64,000 nucleotides of DNA from Eukaryota sp. GEM-RC1 (GCA_040285855.1 JAUFOQ010000002.1:3286001-3350000), one strand, 5' to 3'. Counted from the stretch's first letter, positions 49,701 through 63,383 are shown. Numbers and translations: made by a program. The notes: generated by a model not told the origin, from the sequence alone.

Positions 49701-51500
49701 TCAATTTTTAGACAGCCCTGATCGATATGTCTTCATTTACGTGATATCTACTAACTTGGTTGGATATCGAAAATATTGCCAATGCGCCATGCGTATTTTC
49801 GCGCCATGCGTCCGAAAGCCATGACCCATACGCCATAGGCGCATGGCATTTGAAAATTCGGTTATGGTACAACACTGAATTTACCACATTTACATTGAAA
49901 ATCATTAGGTTAATAGTATTTGTGTTTATCTTGGTGTTTTTGTTCCATAAACAAAGAGTTGCTTTAATGATATTGAGATCTAGTTTTTGTGTTTTTCTTC
50001 CTGTTTTTGTTTCATAAAGTGGATAAAGACTCAGCAAGAGATTTAGGACTTACACATCTGACAGCATTGAGACTGCAAGTTTGAATTGTGGTTACAACTC
50101 AAAAGGAAAAACGGGGTTTATGATCAATCAGTGAAATCAATGCATTTGCAGAAATTAATAACTAACATACACTAACTAAAGTATCTAAACTATGGTTCTT
50201 CTGTCCATCACCGAACAACTTACCTAAAATTGAATCAAAATATCTGTGTATTAAACAAATGGTGAGAAAAAGTAACTACAATGTACTGTAATTGGCCATT
50301 CAATATCAGATTCCATCAGATGCCATTTCATATTACCGACATACTTCAGACATTCAAAATGTTTTAAAAGGTGTTTTTGGAGTTTCTTAAGAGCAAATTT
50401 CAAAGCAGTGATACATCGTTCTGGCATTTCACATATACCGGCTCGGAAACAAGTTTGCCAAAGGTTAGGTGAAATTAACGACAATTCTTTCATGGCATCA
50501 CTAGTAGCTTAATTTGACCTGATTCATGTTGCATTTTTGATGATCTTTGCTTTTATCGAACAAAAACTGGAACTCAACAACATTAAAGCAAACTCGTCAT
50601 GCTAAAAAATTGTTATTCAGGAAAAGTAACTCATCTGCTTCGCTCTCTCCCCCCTGTACTTATCTATAACTCCTGTGGAAGCTTTACCAATTCGAACTGA
50701 CTTTCTTGCATTTTTGTTATCAGTGGATCCTGCTGCATTGAACAATCACATCTTCATCTTGGTGGTATTGGTTTCACTTCGTCTAAATGGTGGACCAAAT
50801 CTACTTTCATTGGTGGTGGTAAGAATTTTGTCTTTTGAGTTCTGTAGACGTTACCCAAGTCAAGAAAATCTTCTTGTTTCGACAAGTAGTGTTTTCTTGG
50901 TAAATTCTGAGATCCTAATTATCGCTAATTTCACCTGGCCTCTGGCAAACTTGTTTTCCAGCAGATATTTGTGAAATACCGGAACGATGTGTCACTTCTT
51001 TAATTTTTGGTCCTAAGAAACTCCAAAAACACCTTCTAAAACATTTTGAATGTCTGGATTTTCAAATTCGGCTTGGCTCGGTTTTGGTTGAATCGTATTG
51101 TTTTTACAATATTTAAAACAATTCCTATCATGATTTCAAAAGCTCTATTAGCTCTGAGTGTTTTTTATGAAGAAAAAGCTGATGTGAGTTTTAATGGCAA
51201 TGATTGTTACTTTAATGATATTGAGTTAAAATCATAAAAAATATATAGGAAAAAAAAACTTGGCTCGGCCAAAGAAAAAAATCCAGCGTTCGCAAATTGT
51301 TTAATCGATTTGAAGGACAGTTCTTCAGTTGCTTTGATCAACCAAATTCCACAGATTTACGGATTGTTGTTGAACGATCATCATTGAACTGCAACATTTA
51401 TACTTCGATGTTTCTTGTGGCCCTCTAATTTACCTAATGATCTTCAATGTTAATCTCTTGAAATCAAAAATTCACAAAATAGTGATTCTGATAAGACTTT

Positions 51501-51875
51501 AGAGAGAGATGTTTATTCGGCACCCAATAAGGTAACCTTTCTACAAACTATGAAATTGTAAAAACAAACAAATAATACTAAGATTAAATCCAAACGACTT
51601 CATCACCACCCGGTAAAAGATTACGTTTATGTACATGAACCTTCACACCAAACTTGTACAATTTCTCAATTAATCTAGAGAAATAGAAAGGCATATTCCG
51701 ATATATGGAAAACACTATACGGTTTTTCCATTCAGCCATTCTAAACTTACGCTTCTTTTCTTTACACAATTCTTCGAAATCCTTGAAAAATTGATCACCA
51801 GCAGGACTAATAGATCCAAAAGAGAAACAGCAAAAGATTGAAACACAAATTTGGAATATGAGTTTCTATTTATTT
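51501..51875 (-). mobile_element. 5'-truncated lineage-A retrocopy (duplicate copy)
   Basis: TSD AGACTTT (51494-51500, 51876-51882). Confidence 0.92.
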
Positions 51876-52730
51876 AGACTTTTGGTAAAAGAAGAGCTGA
51901 TGTAATAGTTCCATCAGTCAATGATGAACTAACGGTTGTTGTTGTAATTACTGTGGATGTTTGCAAAGAACGTGCATTTAAGGATGCTAAAAATGAAGTG
52001 TCTCCGCTTCATTTGTCAGAACAATACAAGGGAAACAAGTATGATGTACCATTGACTGCTCTCAAACATACTGGACATGTTGAGTACGAATTATGTCCTT
52101 TTGCGATTTCAATTTAAGGTCAACTTGGTAAAAATGCTCTCTATTTTCTCTCTGATTTTGAGAAAGTTGCCAAAAACAGAATGAACAAGAAATTTGATTT
52201 TATGTTTCAGTTTGGTTGAATCGTATCGTTTTTACAATATTTACAACAATTCCTATTATGATATCAAAAGCTCTTTTAGCTCTCAGTATTTTTTATGACG
52301 AAAAAGCTTATGTGAGTTTTAATGGCATTGACTGTTGCTTTAATGTTATTGAGTTCTAGTTCTTGTGTATATCTTCTCAAAAAGTTGATAAAGGTTCATC
52401 CAGAGATTTAGGACTTGCACATGGCAGGAATTTGATCTCTGACAGCATCATTAATACAAGTTCCATAAGTAATGAAATTATTGCAACTCAAAAGGTGAGA
52501 AAAAGTAACTAATTTACCCAGTGTTGTACCATGACGGCCATAACTGCCATGCGCGCCATGCGTTCCATGCGTCCATAGGCGCATGGCATTTTCTGATTAT
52601 GGCCGTGTTGTTATGGCGTGTTAACACGTGTTGTTATTCCAACAATGACACTGTACTACATGAGCATGTACAGTTGTTCTATGATACGTATACTTAAAGA
52701 ATGTTATTTATTAAACCTATATAAAGAGCT

Positions 52731-53093
52731 CTAATAGTCATAATCGCTATCCATGCTGTATTCTATCCATCTTTGTTTCATAAGACCAGCTTGTTTCTGG
52801 AATTTGGAATTAAAGTGCACATACACTAACTTCTTAGCTCTTTCGGTGGTGAGCCGGTTCCTTCTGTTTGAGTGAATAAAAGAATAGGAACTCCAAACCC
52901 TTTCACATGCTCCTGCTGAACATACTTGTGAGATTAACTTAATGGCAAGCTTCTTGACTACACAGGCTGTTGTACCATTTGATTTCCAACATGTAACAGG
53001 AGTAACAGAATCATCAAAATCAGAACTCGATTCAAATTGATTGTGAAATGAATTGTATGAGAACAGACTTGCACTTACAAACCAATAATACAT
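52731..53093 (-). pseudogene. hAT dimerisation-domain fragment (duplicate)
   Basis: Translation identical to 46306-46668. Confidence 0.9.
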
Positions 53094-53111
53094 ACTGAGA
53101 TATATCGATAT

Positions 53112-56100
53112 CAGGGCTGTCTAAAAATTAATTTCCCCGTAAATTAATTTTTAATTTTGGTTCCATAAAATACCGTAAATTGAGAATTACGGAAATTAAT
53201 TTACGGAACTCCAACATTACGGAAATTAATTTACGGTTTCAGATTATTACGGAAATTAATTTACGGAACTTGAACATTACGGAAATTAATTTACGGTTTT
53301 AGATTGTTACGGAAATTAATTTACGGTTTCAAATTATTACGGAAATTAATTTACGGAACTTGAACATTACGGAAATTAATTTACGGAACGTATTACCAAT
53401 AAAATCAATACACATCAAAATCAATCTCAATTATTCAAAAATGTAGATAAAGGTGTTGTTATCTATTGGCTTTACAGACAATTGTCCAATCCATGAGAGC
53501 AGGTAGTAATTGCGAATTTGTATAGTCCTTCTTCATGACTAGAGTATCCAAACACCACGCTACTATAGCTCACTTCTTCACCCAACATGATAGGTCTGAT
53601 ATCATTCCTTCAGGAAATCACACACGTGAGGGATCTCTCTTCTACACATGCAAGATATGTGACCCTGTCTATGGTTTGTGGATTTTAAAAGGTAAGGGTT
53701 ATTCTAATTTGACCTATCACTTGAAAGCCAAGCATTCTGAGGAGGTAGTCATCTTCAATGAGCAATTCACCGATTACTAATTATACTAATGTTGTTGCAT
53801 CAAAAAGGCACGTAATATATTTGGATGGGTAGAGAAGTACATTGAGCAGCAACTCCCATTATCTTTTGTTGGACATCCTATGGAAAGAAAATACTCAAAA
53901 CTTGAACCTATTTCTCGAACCACCTTGTCTAAGTACGTTACTCGTCTATACACTGAAGTTTTGCAAGAAATGCAATCTTTGTTACCACCTAGCTTTGGTC
54001 TTATGTACGACGGTTGGAAACATGGACCTACGTCAACAGAATATGTTGGAATATTTGCATGGGTTGCCAAAGATCACAGACCTATTCTGTTGGGAATGGT
54101 TCCTTTTAAGTATGAAAATGATGAAGAAGAATCTGGAATCTTAGATACTCGCAGAGTATTGCTTGGTGCTGATAATTATGAATGTATTATTTCCACAATC
54201 CTATCTGCTTTTGGACGCGAATTTCAAAACATCGATTTCGTTGTAGCTGACAATGCTGAAGTAAACTCAAGGCTTTCTCGTCAAAATGATGTACCAATGA
54301 TAGGATGCTACAGCCACAGATTAGCCCTAGAAATTAAGCTCTTTCTGGAACCTTTTAAACCGCTACTTGAAAAAATTGATGCTTTGTTCACCACAATGCG
54401 CACTGTTAAATGTGCAATGATCTTAAAGCATCTTACTTCTTTAAAGCCGGTTAAAAGAAACACTACTAGATGGTCTTCCACTTTTGAAATGCTAAAACGC
54501 TACCTCAGATTTCTTGAACTTGATGTATTTGCCAGGTTTGATTCTCATATCAGACGTATGTTACCTTCACCTGATGAAGATCGTACTGCTTCATTATTGT
54601 TCTTCGATCTACAGAAAATGGAGCTTTTCACTCAAAGACTCCAGACACAGGGATTGAATCTGTTATCTGGTCAAAGAATTTTTGATTTATTTCACACAGA
54701 ATTTCCTGACCTTACACACTACACTGCTCGAACTTCCGAGATAGTGAATGCTCCTGTTTTTGAATCAGCTGTAGGAAAAGTTTTGGAAGGAAATGAATTC
54801 CTGTTATCAGAACCTGAAAAACTATTCTTATCCCCTTTTAAAAGATGCTGCAGCTGGTGCTAGACGAACTTCTAGATGCTTACAAACTGAGCTTGACAAT
54901 GTTGATACCATTGCTAACGGGCCTGTATCCGACTATAGAGATTTAAGTTGGATACCATGTACATCCAATGATGTCGAAAGGCTCTTTTCTCGCTCAAAGA
55001 GAACAATTGGTGATTACAGATGCTCCATGTCTTCCGCCACTCTTGAAAAACAGCTTTTTTTGTTGTACAACCGACATTATTGGGGTGTTGAAACTATCCA
55101 AAAGGTACTGGTTTTGCATCAGAATGATGATGATGATTCGGAGGACGAACAATCTACATCAGATGTTGATTTGGATTCTGATTAACATACCAGTATTCTT
55201 TGCTTTTTCCTATTTTTAGTCATGTCATAGTCTTTCTCTTTTGTTATAATCTTCGCTCTCAATACACTTCATAACATTCTTGTTCTCAATAGTTTCTTCT
55301 TAGATCATCTCAAGAGATTGAGTTTGAGTACTGGCTTTGCACTTCACAGACGATATAGTTCTTGAACAATCAGAGTTTGACAGGCACATCTTATTCGTAG
55401 TCAAACAGTGCAATGAACTTTATTTGCAACAGAAATGGATGTGTTTTACAATACAAGCAATGCCGTAAAAGCTGAAAGTCTGTCAATCTATCAGATCAGT
55501 GGGAAGTCGATTAGTCATAGATTCAGGAGAGAATGAAACATGCGTCTGACATTGTGTTTGAAGTTTCTAACATGAAACCCGTTGTGCTAAGCAGAAAGAT
55601 CAAGTTTCAAGCACACGAATGTAATTGCAAATGATGCTGGAAATGGAAGATCAGAACCTGGAAGACTTAAGTGTGGATAGCTACAAGATAGAAGGACACG
55701 TTACAGTGTTTGAGCATATGTATAAGGAAAGTATGGAAATACAAATGATTTTTTTTGTGACAAATCACAAGTTCCAATTTTGTCCAGCTCTGTAGACTAG
55801 ATAATTATTGTTTGATAGTAAGGTGTATTGAAAATTTGGGTATTGAAATTTCAGTATTCATGCGCCTCCAGGACGTCATTTAGGGCTTTCTGATAAATTA
55901 CGGAAATTAATTTACGGTTTTGAATTGTTACGGAAATTAATTTACGGCTAAATCTTATTACGGAAATTAATTTACGGTTTTGAATTGTTACGGAAATTAA
56001 TTTACGGCTAAATCTTATTACGGAAATTAATTTACGGTTTTGAATTGTTACGGAAATTAATTTACGGGTTGGATTGGTTACGGAAATTAATTTATGGTTT

Positions 56101-56147
56101 AGTGTCATCGCAAAATTAATTTACGGTTCAATTTTTAGACAGCCCTG
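53112..56147 (+). mobile_element. hAT family 4, nested (duplicate copy)
   Basis: Same 18-bp TIRs; TSD ATCGATAT (53104-53111, 56148-56155); 30-bp subterminal arrays at ~53186-53390 and ~55897-56126. Confidence 0.97.
53535..55185 (+). pseudogene. hAT transposase, family 4 (duplicate; interrupted as assembled)
   Basis: ORFs 53535-53780 (BED finger), 53880-54863 (catalytic core) and 54793-55185 (dimerisation domain, acidic tail). Confidence 0.92.
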
Positions 56148-57988
56148 ATCGATATGTCTTCATTTACGTGATATCTACTAACTTGGTTGGATATCGAAAA
56201 TATTGCCAATGCGCCATGCGTATTTTCGCGCCATGCGTCCGAAAGCCATGACCCATACGCCATAGGCGCATGGCATTTGAAAATTCGGTTATGGTACAAC
56301 ACTGAATTTACCACATTTACATTGAAAATCATTAGGTTAATAGTATTTGTGTTTATCTTGGTGTTTTTGTTCCATAAACAAAGAGTTGCTTTAATGATAT
56401 TGAGATCTAGTTTTTGTGTTTTTCTTCCTGTTTTTGTTTCATAAAGTGGATAAAGACTCAGCAAGAGATTTAGGACTTACACATCTGACAGCATTGAGAC
56501 TGCAAGTTTGAATTGTGGTTACAACTCAAAAGGAAAAACGGGGTTTATGATCAATCAGTGAAATCAATGCATTTGCAGAAATTAATAACTAACATACACT
56601 AACTAAAGTATCTAAACTATGGTTCTTCTGTCCATCACCGAACAACTTACCTAAAATTGAATCAAAATATCTGTGTATTAAACAAATGGTGAGAAAAAGT
56701 AACTACAATGTACTGTAATTGGCCATTCAATATCAGATTCCATCAGATGCCATTTCATATTACCGACATACTTCAGACATTCAAAATGTTTTAAAAGGTG
56801 TTTTTGGAGTTTCTTAAGAGCAAATTTCAAAGCGGTGATACATCGTTCTGGCATTTCACATATACCAGCTCGGAAACAAGTTTGCCAAAGGTCAGGTGAA
56901 ATTGACGACAATTCTTCCATTGCATCACTAGTAGCTTAATTTGACCTGATTCGTGTTACATTTTTGATGATCTTTGTATTTATCGAACAAAACTGGAACT
57001 CAACAACATTAAAGCAAACTCGTCATGCTAAAAATTTGTTATTAAGGAAAAGTAACTCATCTGCTTCGCTCTCTCCCCCTGTACTTATCTATAACTCCTG
57101 TGGAAGCTTTACCAATTCGAACTGACTTTCTTGCATTTTTGTTATCAGTGGATCCTGGTGCATTGAACAATCACATCTTCATCTTGGTGGTATTGGTTTC
57201 ACTTCGTCTAAATGGTAGACCAAATCTACTTTCATTGGTGGTGGTAAGAATTTTGTCTTTGAGTTCTGTAGACGTTACCCAAGTCGAGAAAATCTTCTTG
57301 TTTCGACAATTAGTTTTTTCTTGGTAAATTTGAGATCCGAATTATCGCTAATTTCACCTAGCCTCTGACAAACTTGTTTCCCAGCAGATATTTGTGAAAT
57401 ACCAGAACGATGTGTCACTTCTTCAATTTTTGGTCCTAAGAAACTCCAAAACACCTTCTAAAACATTTTGAATGTCTGGATTTTCAAATTCGACTTGGCT
57501 CGGTTTTGGTTGAATCGTATTGTTTTTACAATATTTAAAACAATTCCTATCATGATTTCAAAAGCTCTATTAGCTCTCAGTGTTTTTATGAAGAAAAAGC
57601 TGATGTGAGTTTTAATGGCAATGATTGTTGCTTTAATGATATTGAGTTCTAGTTCTTCTGTATATCTTCTCAAAAAGTTGACAAAGGCTCATCCAGAGAT
57701 TTAGGACTTGCACGTGGCAGGAATTTGATCTCTGACAGCATCATTAATACAAGTTCCATAAGTAATGAAATTATTGCAACTCAAAAGGTGAGAAAAAGTA
57801 ACTAATTTACCACATTTACATTGAAGATCATTAGGTTAATAGTATTTGTGTTTATCTTGGTGTTTTTGTTCCATAAACAAAGAGTTGCTTTAATGATATT
57901 GAGATCTAGTTTTGTGTTTTTCTTCCTGTTTTTGTTCCATTAAATTTAAAAGTGGATAAAGACTCAGCAAGAGATTTAGGACTTACAC

Positions 57989-59246
57989 TAGAGCTGGGCA
58001 CAGACTGACTAGACTAGACTAAGACTACAACAACTGACTACCGACTAGACTACAGACTACACCAATAGACTATAGACTAGACTAAGACTAAAGTAACTGA
58101 CTACCGACTAGACTACAGACTACAGTATTAGACTACAGACTAGACTAAGACTACACCACCAGACTACGGACTAGACTAAGACGAGAGAAATACACTAAAT
58201 AGTAGACTAAATAGTTTTGTCCGAACATGAATTTATAACAAGAAATTCTACTGAAATACTAGAAGTCGAATACATCGAAGCCACCATCAGCCCAAGATTT
58301 TAAACAAACAAGTGCTCTCAGCGTTTCAGCTTCCATGGAAGCTCTTCGTAGAGCAATTGTCTGACCTGCAAGAGAAAACAGTCGTTCACATGCCACAGAT
58401 GTTCCTTGGCAACTAAGAAAATCCCTTGCAAGTCTTGCAAGTGTAGGAAATGTTGATTCATTGCTCTTCCACCACAGCAAAACGTCAGTTTTCCAACAGA
58501 CATTGGGGTAACTCATATAGGTTTCCAACTCTGCGCTTTGGTTAGGCCTTTCCGACTGTTCCTGTGTTTCAAGAAATCCTTCACTATTGGATGATACAAC
58601 AACAACATCAGATTCGGCTTTGTAATAAGTATCAATAACAAGGTCCAGCATTTCTTTGAATTCCCGCGGAGTATCAAATCGATGTAGGTTGGCTAACCTA
58701 CATCTTGGATCTAAAACTGCACAGACATATGCAGAAAAGTCATAAACATCACCTAGGTACTTAAGCAATACAGTTTCAATTTTGCTACAAGCGAAGGAAA
58801 TGAGAGCTTCTTAGGGACAGACAATGTGGGTTGAGAGTTCACCAAGTAGTTCTGCCAGTTTCTGTGGCTGTCAAGGTGCAGCTTAAGAACAGTTTGGGAC
58901 GTTGACAAAGCAAATACTGTAGTTTTTCCATCCAACGCACAAAGGAGGCAGTGCTTCTGATTGCCACTTGCTGCTGGCTTATAGAATTGGTGACCGTTCC
59001 ATCGCTGTTTTGGAGACAATGGTTGTAGAGAAAGTCTGGGCAGTTTTTCGGGAGGTTCAGACATTATGTTAAAAATAGTAGACTAATGATCACACTAATT
59101 TATTATGAACAGACTACAGACTAGACTACTGACTTAATGAACAGACTACGGACTAGACTAAGACTAAGTGAGTAGACTAAGATTTAGACTAAAAGCTTAG
59201 TCTAGTCCGTAGTCAGTAGACTAGTCTAGTCGAATGCCCAGCTCTA
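57989..59246 (-). mobile_element. Internally deleted hAT, family 5
   Basis: Perfect 12-bp TIRs TAGAGCTGGGCA, 8-bp TSD ACTTACAC (57981-57988, 59247-59254), and dense AGACT subterminal repeats. Confidence 0.97.
58259..59064 (-). pseudogene. hAT transposase remnant: BED finger fused out of frame to the C-terminus, catalytic core deleted
   Basis: 58753-59064 has CLLC...HLDSH; 58259-58768 has VLDPR, LLWWK, FPTLARLARDFL and TSVACERLFS. No DxW, DN or CxxH region. Confidence 0.92.
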
Positions 59247-62200
59247 ACTTACACATCTGACAGCATTGAGAATGCAAGTTTGAATTGTGGTTACAACTCA
59301 AAAGGAAAAACGGGGTTTATGATCAATCAGTGAAATCAATGCATTTGCAGAAATTGATAACTAACAGACACTAACTAAAGTATCTAAACTATGGTTCTTC
59401 TGTCCATTTTTTTTGAAACGAATTATTTATTCTAAATGTAATAGACAATAACACTACAGTGTACATACATCTAGTAATCAATATCCTCAAAGTCCAGATT
59501 GCCTAACTGGAAATTTTCACCTACCTTATCTTCATAATGTCTGCCAAGAGAAAATAAAGCGCTAGATACAGAAGTGACCATACCTTTAAAGATAACAAAC
59601 ACGATTCGATTTTTCCAAAATGTAAGATCAAAAGTCCTAGATGTTTTTTCTTTTACAATTTCATAGTTTGTACGAAGGTTACCTTATTGGGTGCCGAATA
59701 AACATGTTTCATCTTCACAAAGATTTCAAGTAATAAGTAATAGTAATCTTCTGTCCATCACCGAACAACTTACCTAAAATTGAATTAAAATATCTGTGAA
59801 TTAAACAAAAGGTGAGAAAAAGTAACTACAATGTACTGTAATTGGCCATTCAATATCAGATTCCATCAGATGCCATTTCATACTACCGACATACTTCAGA
59901 CATTCAAAATGTTTCAAAAGGTGTTTTGGAGTTTCTTAAGAGCAAATTTCAAAGCAGTGATACATCGTTCTGGCATTTCACATATACCAGCTCGGAAACA
60001 AGTTTGCCAAAGGTCAGGTGAAATTAACGACAATTCTTTCATGGCATCACTAGTAGCTTAATTTGACCTGATTCATGTTGCATTTTTGATGATCTTTGCT
60101 TTTATCGAACAAAACTGGAACTCAACAACATTAAAGCAAACTCGTCATGCTAAAAATTGTTATTCAGGAAAAGTAACTCATCTGCTTCGCTCTCTCCCCC
60201 TGTACTTATCTATAACTCCTGTGGAAGCTTTACCAATTCGAACTGACTTTCTTGCATTTTTGTTATCAGTGCATCCTGCTGCATTGAACAATCACATCTT
60301 CATCTTGGTGTTATTGGTTTCACTTCGTCTAAATGGTGGACCAAATCTACTTTCATTGGTGGTGGTAAGAATTTTGTCTTTGAGTTCTTCAGACGTTACC
60401 CAAGTCAAGAAAATCTTCTTGTTTCGACAAGTAGTGTTTTCTTGGTAAATTTGAGATCCTAATTATCGCTAATTTCACCTGGCCTCTGGCAAACTTGTTT
60501 CCCAGCAGATATTTGTGAAATACCGGAACGATGTGTCACTTCTTTAATTTTTGGTCCTAAGAAACTCCAAAAACACCTTCTAAAACATTTTGAATGTCTG
60601 GATTTTCAAATTCGACTTGGCTCGGTTTTGGTTGAATCGTATTGTTTTTACAATATTTAAAACAATTCCTATCATGATTTCAAAAGTCTGAGTGTTTTTT
60701 ATGAAGAAAAAGCAGATGTGAGTTTTAATGGCAATGATTGTTGCTTTAATGATATTGAGTTAAAATCATAAAAACATATAGGAAAAAAAACTTGGCTCGG
60801 CCAAAGAAAAAATCCAGCGTTCGCAAATTGTTTAATCGATTTGAAGGACAGTTCTTCAGTTGCTTTGATCAACCAAATTCCACAGATTTACGGATTGTTG
60901 TTGAACGATCATCATTGAACTGCAACATTTATACTTCGATGTTTCTTGTGGCCCTCTAATTTACTTAATGATCTTCAATGTAAATCTCTTGAAATCAAAA
61001 ATTCACAAAATAGTGATTCTGATAAGACTTTTGGTAAAAGAAGAGCTGATGTAATAGTTCCATCAGTCAATGATGAACTAACGGTTGTTGTTGTAATTAC
61101 TGTGGATGTTTGCAAAGAACGTGCATTTAAGGATGCTAAAATGAAGTGTCTCCGCTTGAATTGTCAGAACAATACAAGGGAAACAAGTATGATGTACCAT
61201 TGACTGCTCTCAAACATACTAGACATGTTGAGTACGAATGTCCTTTGCAATTTCAATTTATGGTCAACTTGGTAAAAGCTCTCTATTTTCTCTCTGATTT
61301 TGAGAAAGTTGCCAAAAACAGAATGAACAAGAAATTTGATTTTATGTTTCAGTTTGGTTGAATCGTATCGTTTTTACAATATTTACAACAATTCCTATTA
61401 TGATATCAAAAGCTCTTTTAGCTCTCAGTATTTTTTATGACGAAAAAGCTTATGTGAGTTTTAATGGCATTGACTGTTGCTTTAATGTTATTGAGTTTTA
61501 GTTCTTCTGTATATCTTCTCAAAAAGTTGATAAAGGCTCATCCAGAGATCTAGGACTTGCACATGGCAGGAATTTGATCTCTGACAGCATCATTAATACA
61601 AGTTCCATAAGTAATGAAATTATTGCAACTCAAAGGTGAGAAAAAGTAACTAATTTACCACATTTACATTGAAGATCATTAGGTTACTAGTATTTGTGTT
61701 TATCTTAGTGTTTTTGTTCCATAAACAAAGAGTTGCTTTAATGATATTGAGTTCTAGTTTTGTGTTTTTCTTCCTGTTTTTGTTCCATAAAGTGGATAAA
61801 GACTCAGCAAGAGATTTAGGACTTACACATCTGACAGCATTGAGAATGCAAGTTTGAATTGTGGTTACAACTCAAAAGGAAAAACGGGGTTTATGATCAA
61901 TCAGTGAAATCAATGCATTTGCAGAAATTGATAACTAACAGACACTAACTAAAGTATCTAAACTATGGTTCTTCTGTCCATTTTTTTTGAAACGAATTAT
62001 TTATTCTAAATGTAATAGACAATAACACTACAGTGTACATACATCTAGTAATCAATATCCTCAAAGTCCAGATTGCCTAACTGGAAATTTTCACCTACCT
62101 TATCTTCATAATGTCTGCCAAGAGAAAATAAAGCGCTAGATACAGAAGTGACCATACCTTTAAAGATAACAAACACGATTCGATTTTTCCAAAATGTAAG

Positions 62201-62866
62201 ATCAAAAGTCCTAGATGTTTTTTCTTTTACAATTTCATAGTTTGTACGAAGGTTACCTTATTGGGTGCCGAATAAACATGTTTCATCTTCACAAAGATTT
62301 CAAGTAATAAGTAATAGTAATCTTCTGTCCATCACCGAACAACTTACCTAAAATTGAATTAAAATATCTGTGAATTAAACAAAAGGTGAGAAAAAGTAAC
62401 TACAATGTACTGTAATTGGCCATTCAATATCAGATTCCATCAGATGCCATTTCATACTACCGACATACTTCAGACATTCAAAATGTTTCAAAAGGTGTTT
62501 TTGGAGTTTCTTAACAGCAAATTTCAAAGCAGTGATACATCGTTCTGGCATTTCACATATACCAGCTCGGAAACAAGTTTGCCAAAGGTCAGGTGAAATT
62601 AACGACAATTCTTTCATGGCATCACTAGTAGCTTAATTTGACCTGATTCATGTTGCATTTTTGATGATCTTTGCTTTTATCGAACAAAACTGGAACTCAA
62701 CAACATTAAAGCAAACTCGTCATGCTAAAAAATTGTTATTCAGGAAAAGTAACTCATCTGCTTCACTCTCTCCCCTGTACTTATCTATAACTCATGTGGA
62801 AGCTTTACCAATTCGAACTGACTTTCTTGCATTTTTGTTATCAGTGGATCCTGCTGCATTGAACAA

Positions 62867-63383
62867 CGTTTTGGTAAACGAAGAGCTGATGTTATAGTTC
62901 CATCAGTTAATGATGAACTAACTGTTGTTGATGTGATTACTGTGGATGTTTGCAAAAAAAGTGCATTCAAGGATGCTAAAACTGAAGTTTCGCCACTGAA
63001 TTCTTCAGAACAATACAAGAGAAACAAATATGATGAACCACTGACTGCTCTCAAACATATTAGACATGTTGAGTACAAATTATGTCCTTTGCAATTTCAA
63101 TTTATGGTCGACTTGGTAGAGATGCTCTTTGTTTTCTCTCTGATTTTGAGAAAGTGGTCAAAAAGAATGAACAAGAAATTTGATTTCAAATTTTGGTTGA
63201 ATCGTATTGTTTTTACAATATTTAAAACAATTCCTATCATGATTTCAAAAGCTCTATTAGCTCTCAGTGTTTTTATGAAGAAAAAGCTGATGTGAGTTTT
63301 AATGGCAATGATTGTTGCTTTAATGATATTGAATTCTAGTATTTGTGTTTATTTTAATGTTTTTAATAAAGGGGATGTAGAAA
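62867..63383 (+). mobile_element. 5'-truncated young lineage-B retrocopy with 11-bp TSD (second copy)
   Basis: TSD GCATTGAACAA (62856-62866, 63384-63394), with the same breakpoints as 40269-40783. Confidence 0.92.

Larger units (their letters stand above)
46687..49720 (+). mobile_element. hAT DNA transposon, family 4, nested in family 3
   Basis: Perfect 18-bp TIRs CAGGGCTGTCTAAAAATT and 8-bp TSD ATCGATAT (46679-46686, 49721-49728). Confidence 0.97.
46094..49877 (-). mobile_element. Non-autonomous hAT, family 3 (outer element of the nested pair)
   Basis: 17-bp TIRs CAGTGTTGTACCAT(G/A)AC, 8-bp TSD AATTTACC (46086-46093, 49878-49885), and GCCATG subterminal repeats. Confidence 0.96.
52519..56304 (-). 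mobile_element. Non-autonomous hAT family 3 (duplicate copy)
   Basis: Same TIRs; TSD AATTTACC (52511-52518, 56305-56312). Confidence 0.96.
43920..56770. repeat. Recent ~6.4-kb tandem duplication (two copies; ends approximate)
   Basis: All insertions recur at an offset of ~6425 (45076/51501, 46094/52519, 46687/53112) with identical TSDs. Differences are mostly homopolymer lengths. Confidence 0.92.

Noticed and set aside
58000..58185. AGACT-rich stretch as an independent microsatellite
   Set aside because: It lies inside the hAT5 TIRs and recurs at the other end (59110-59230).
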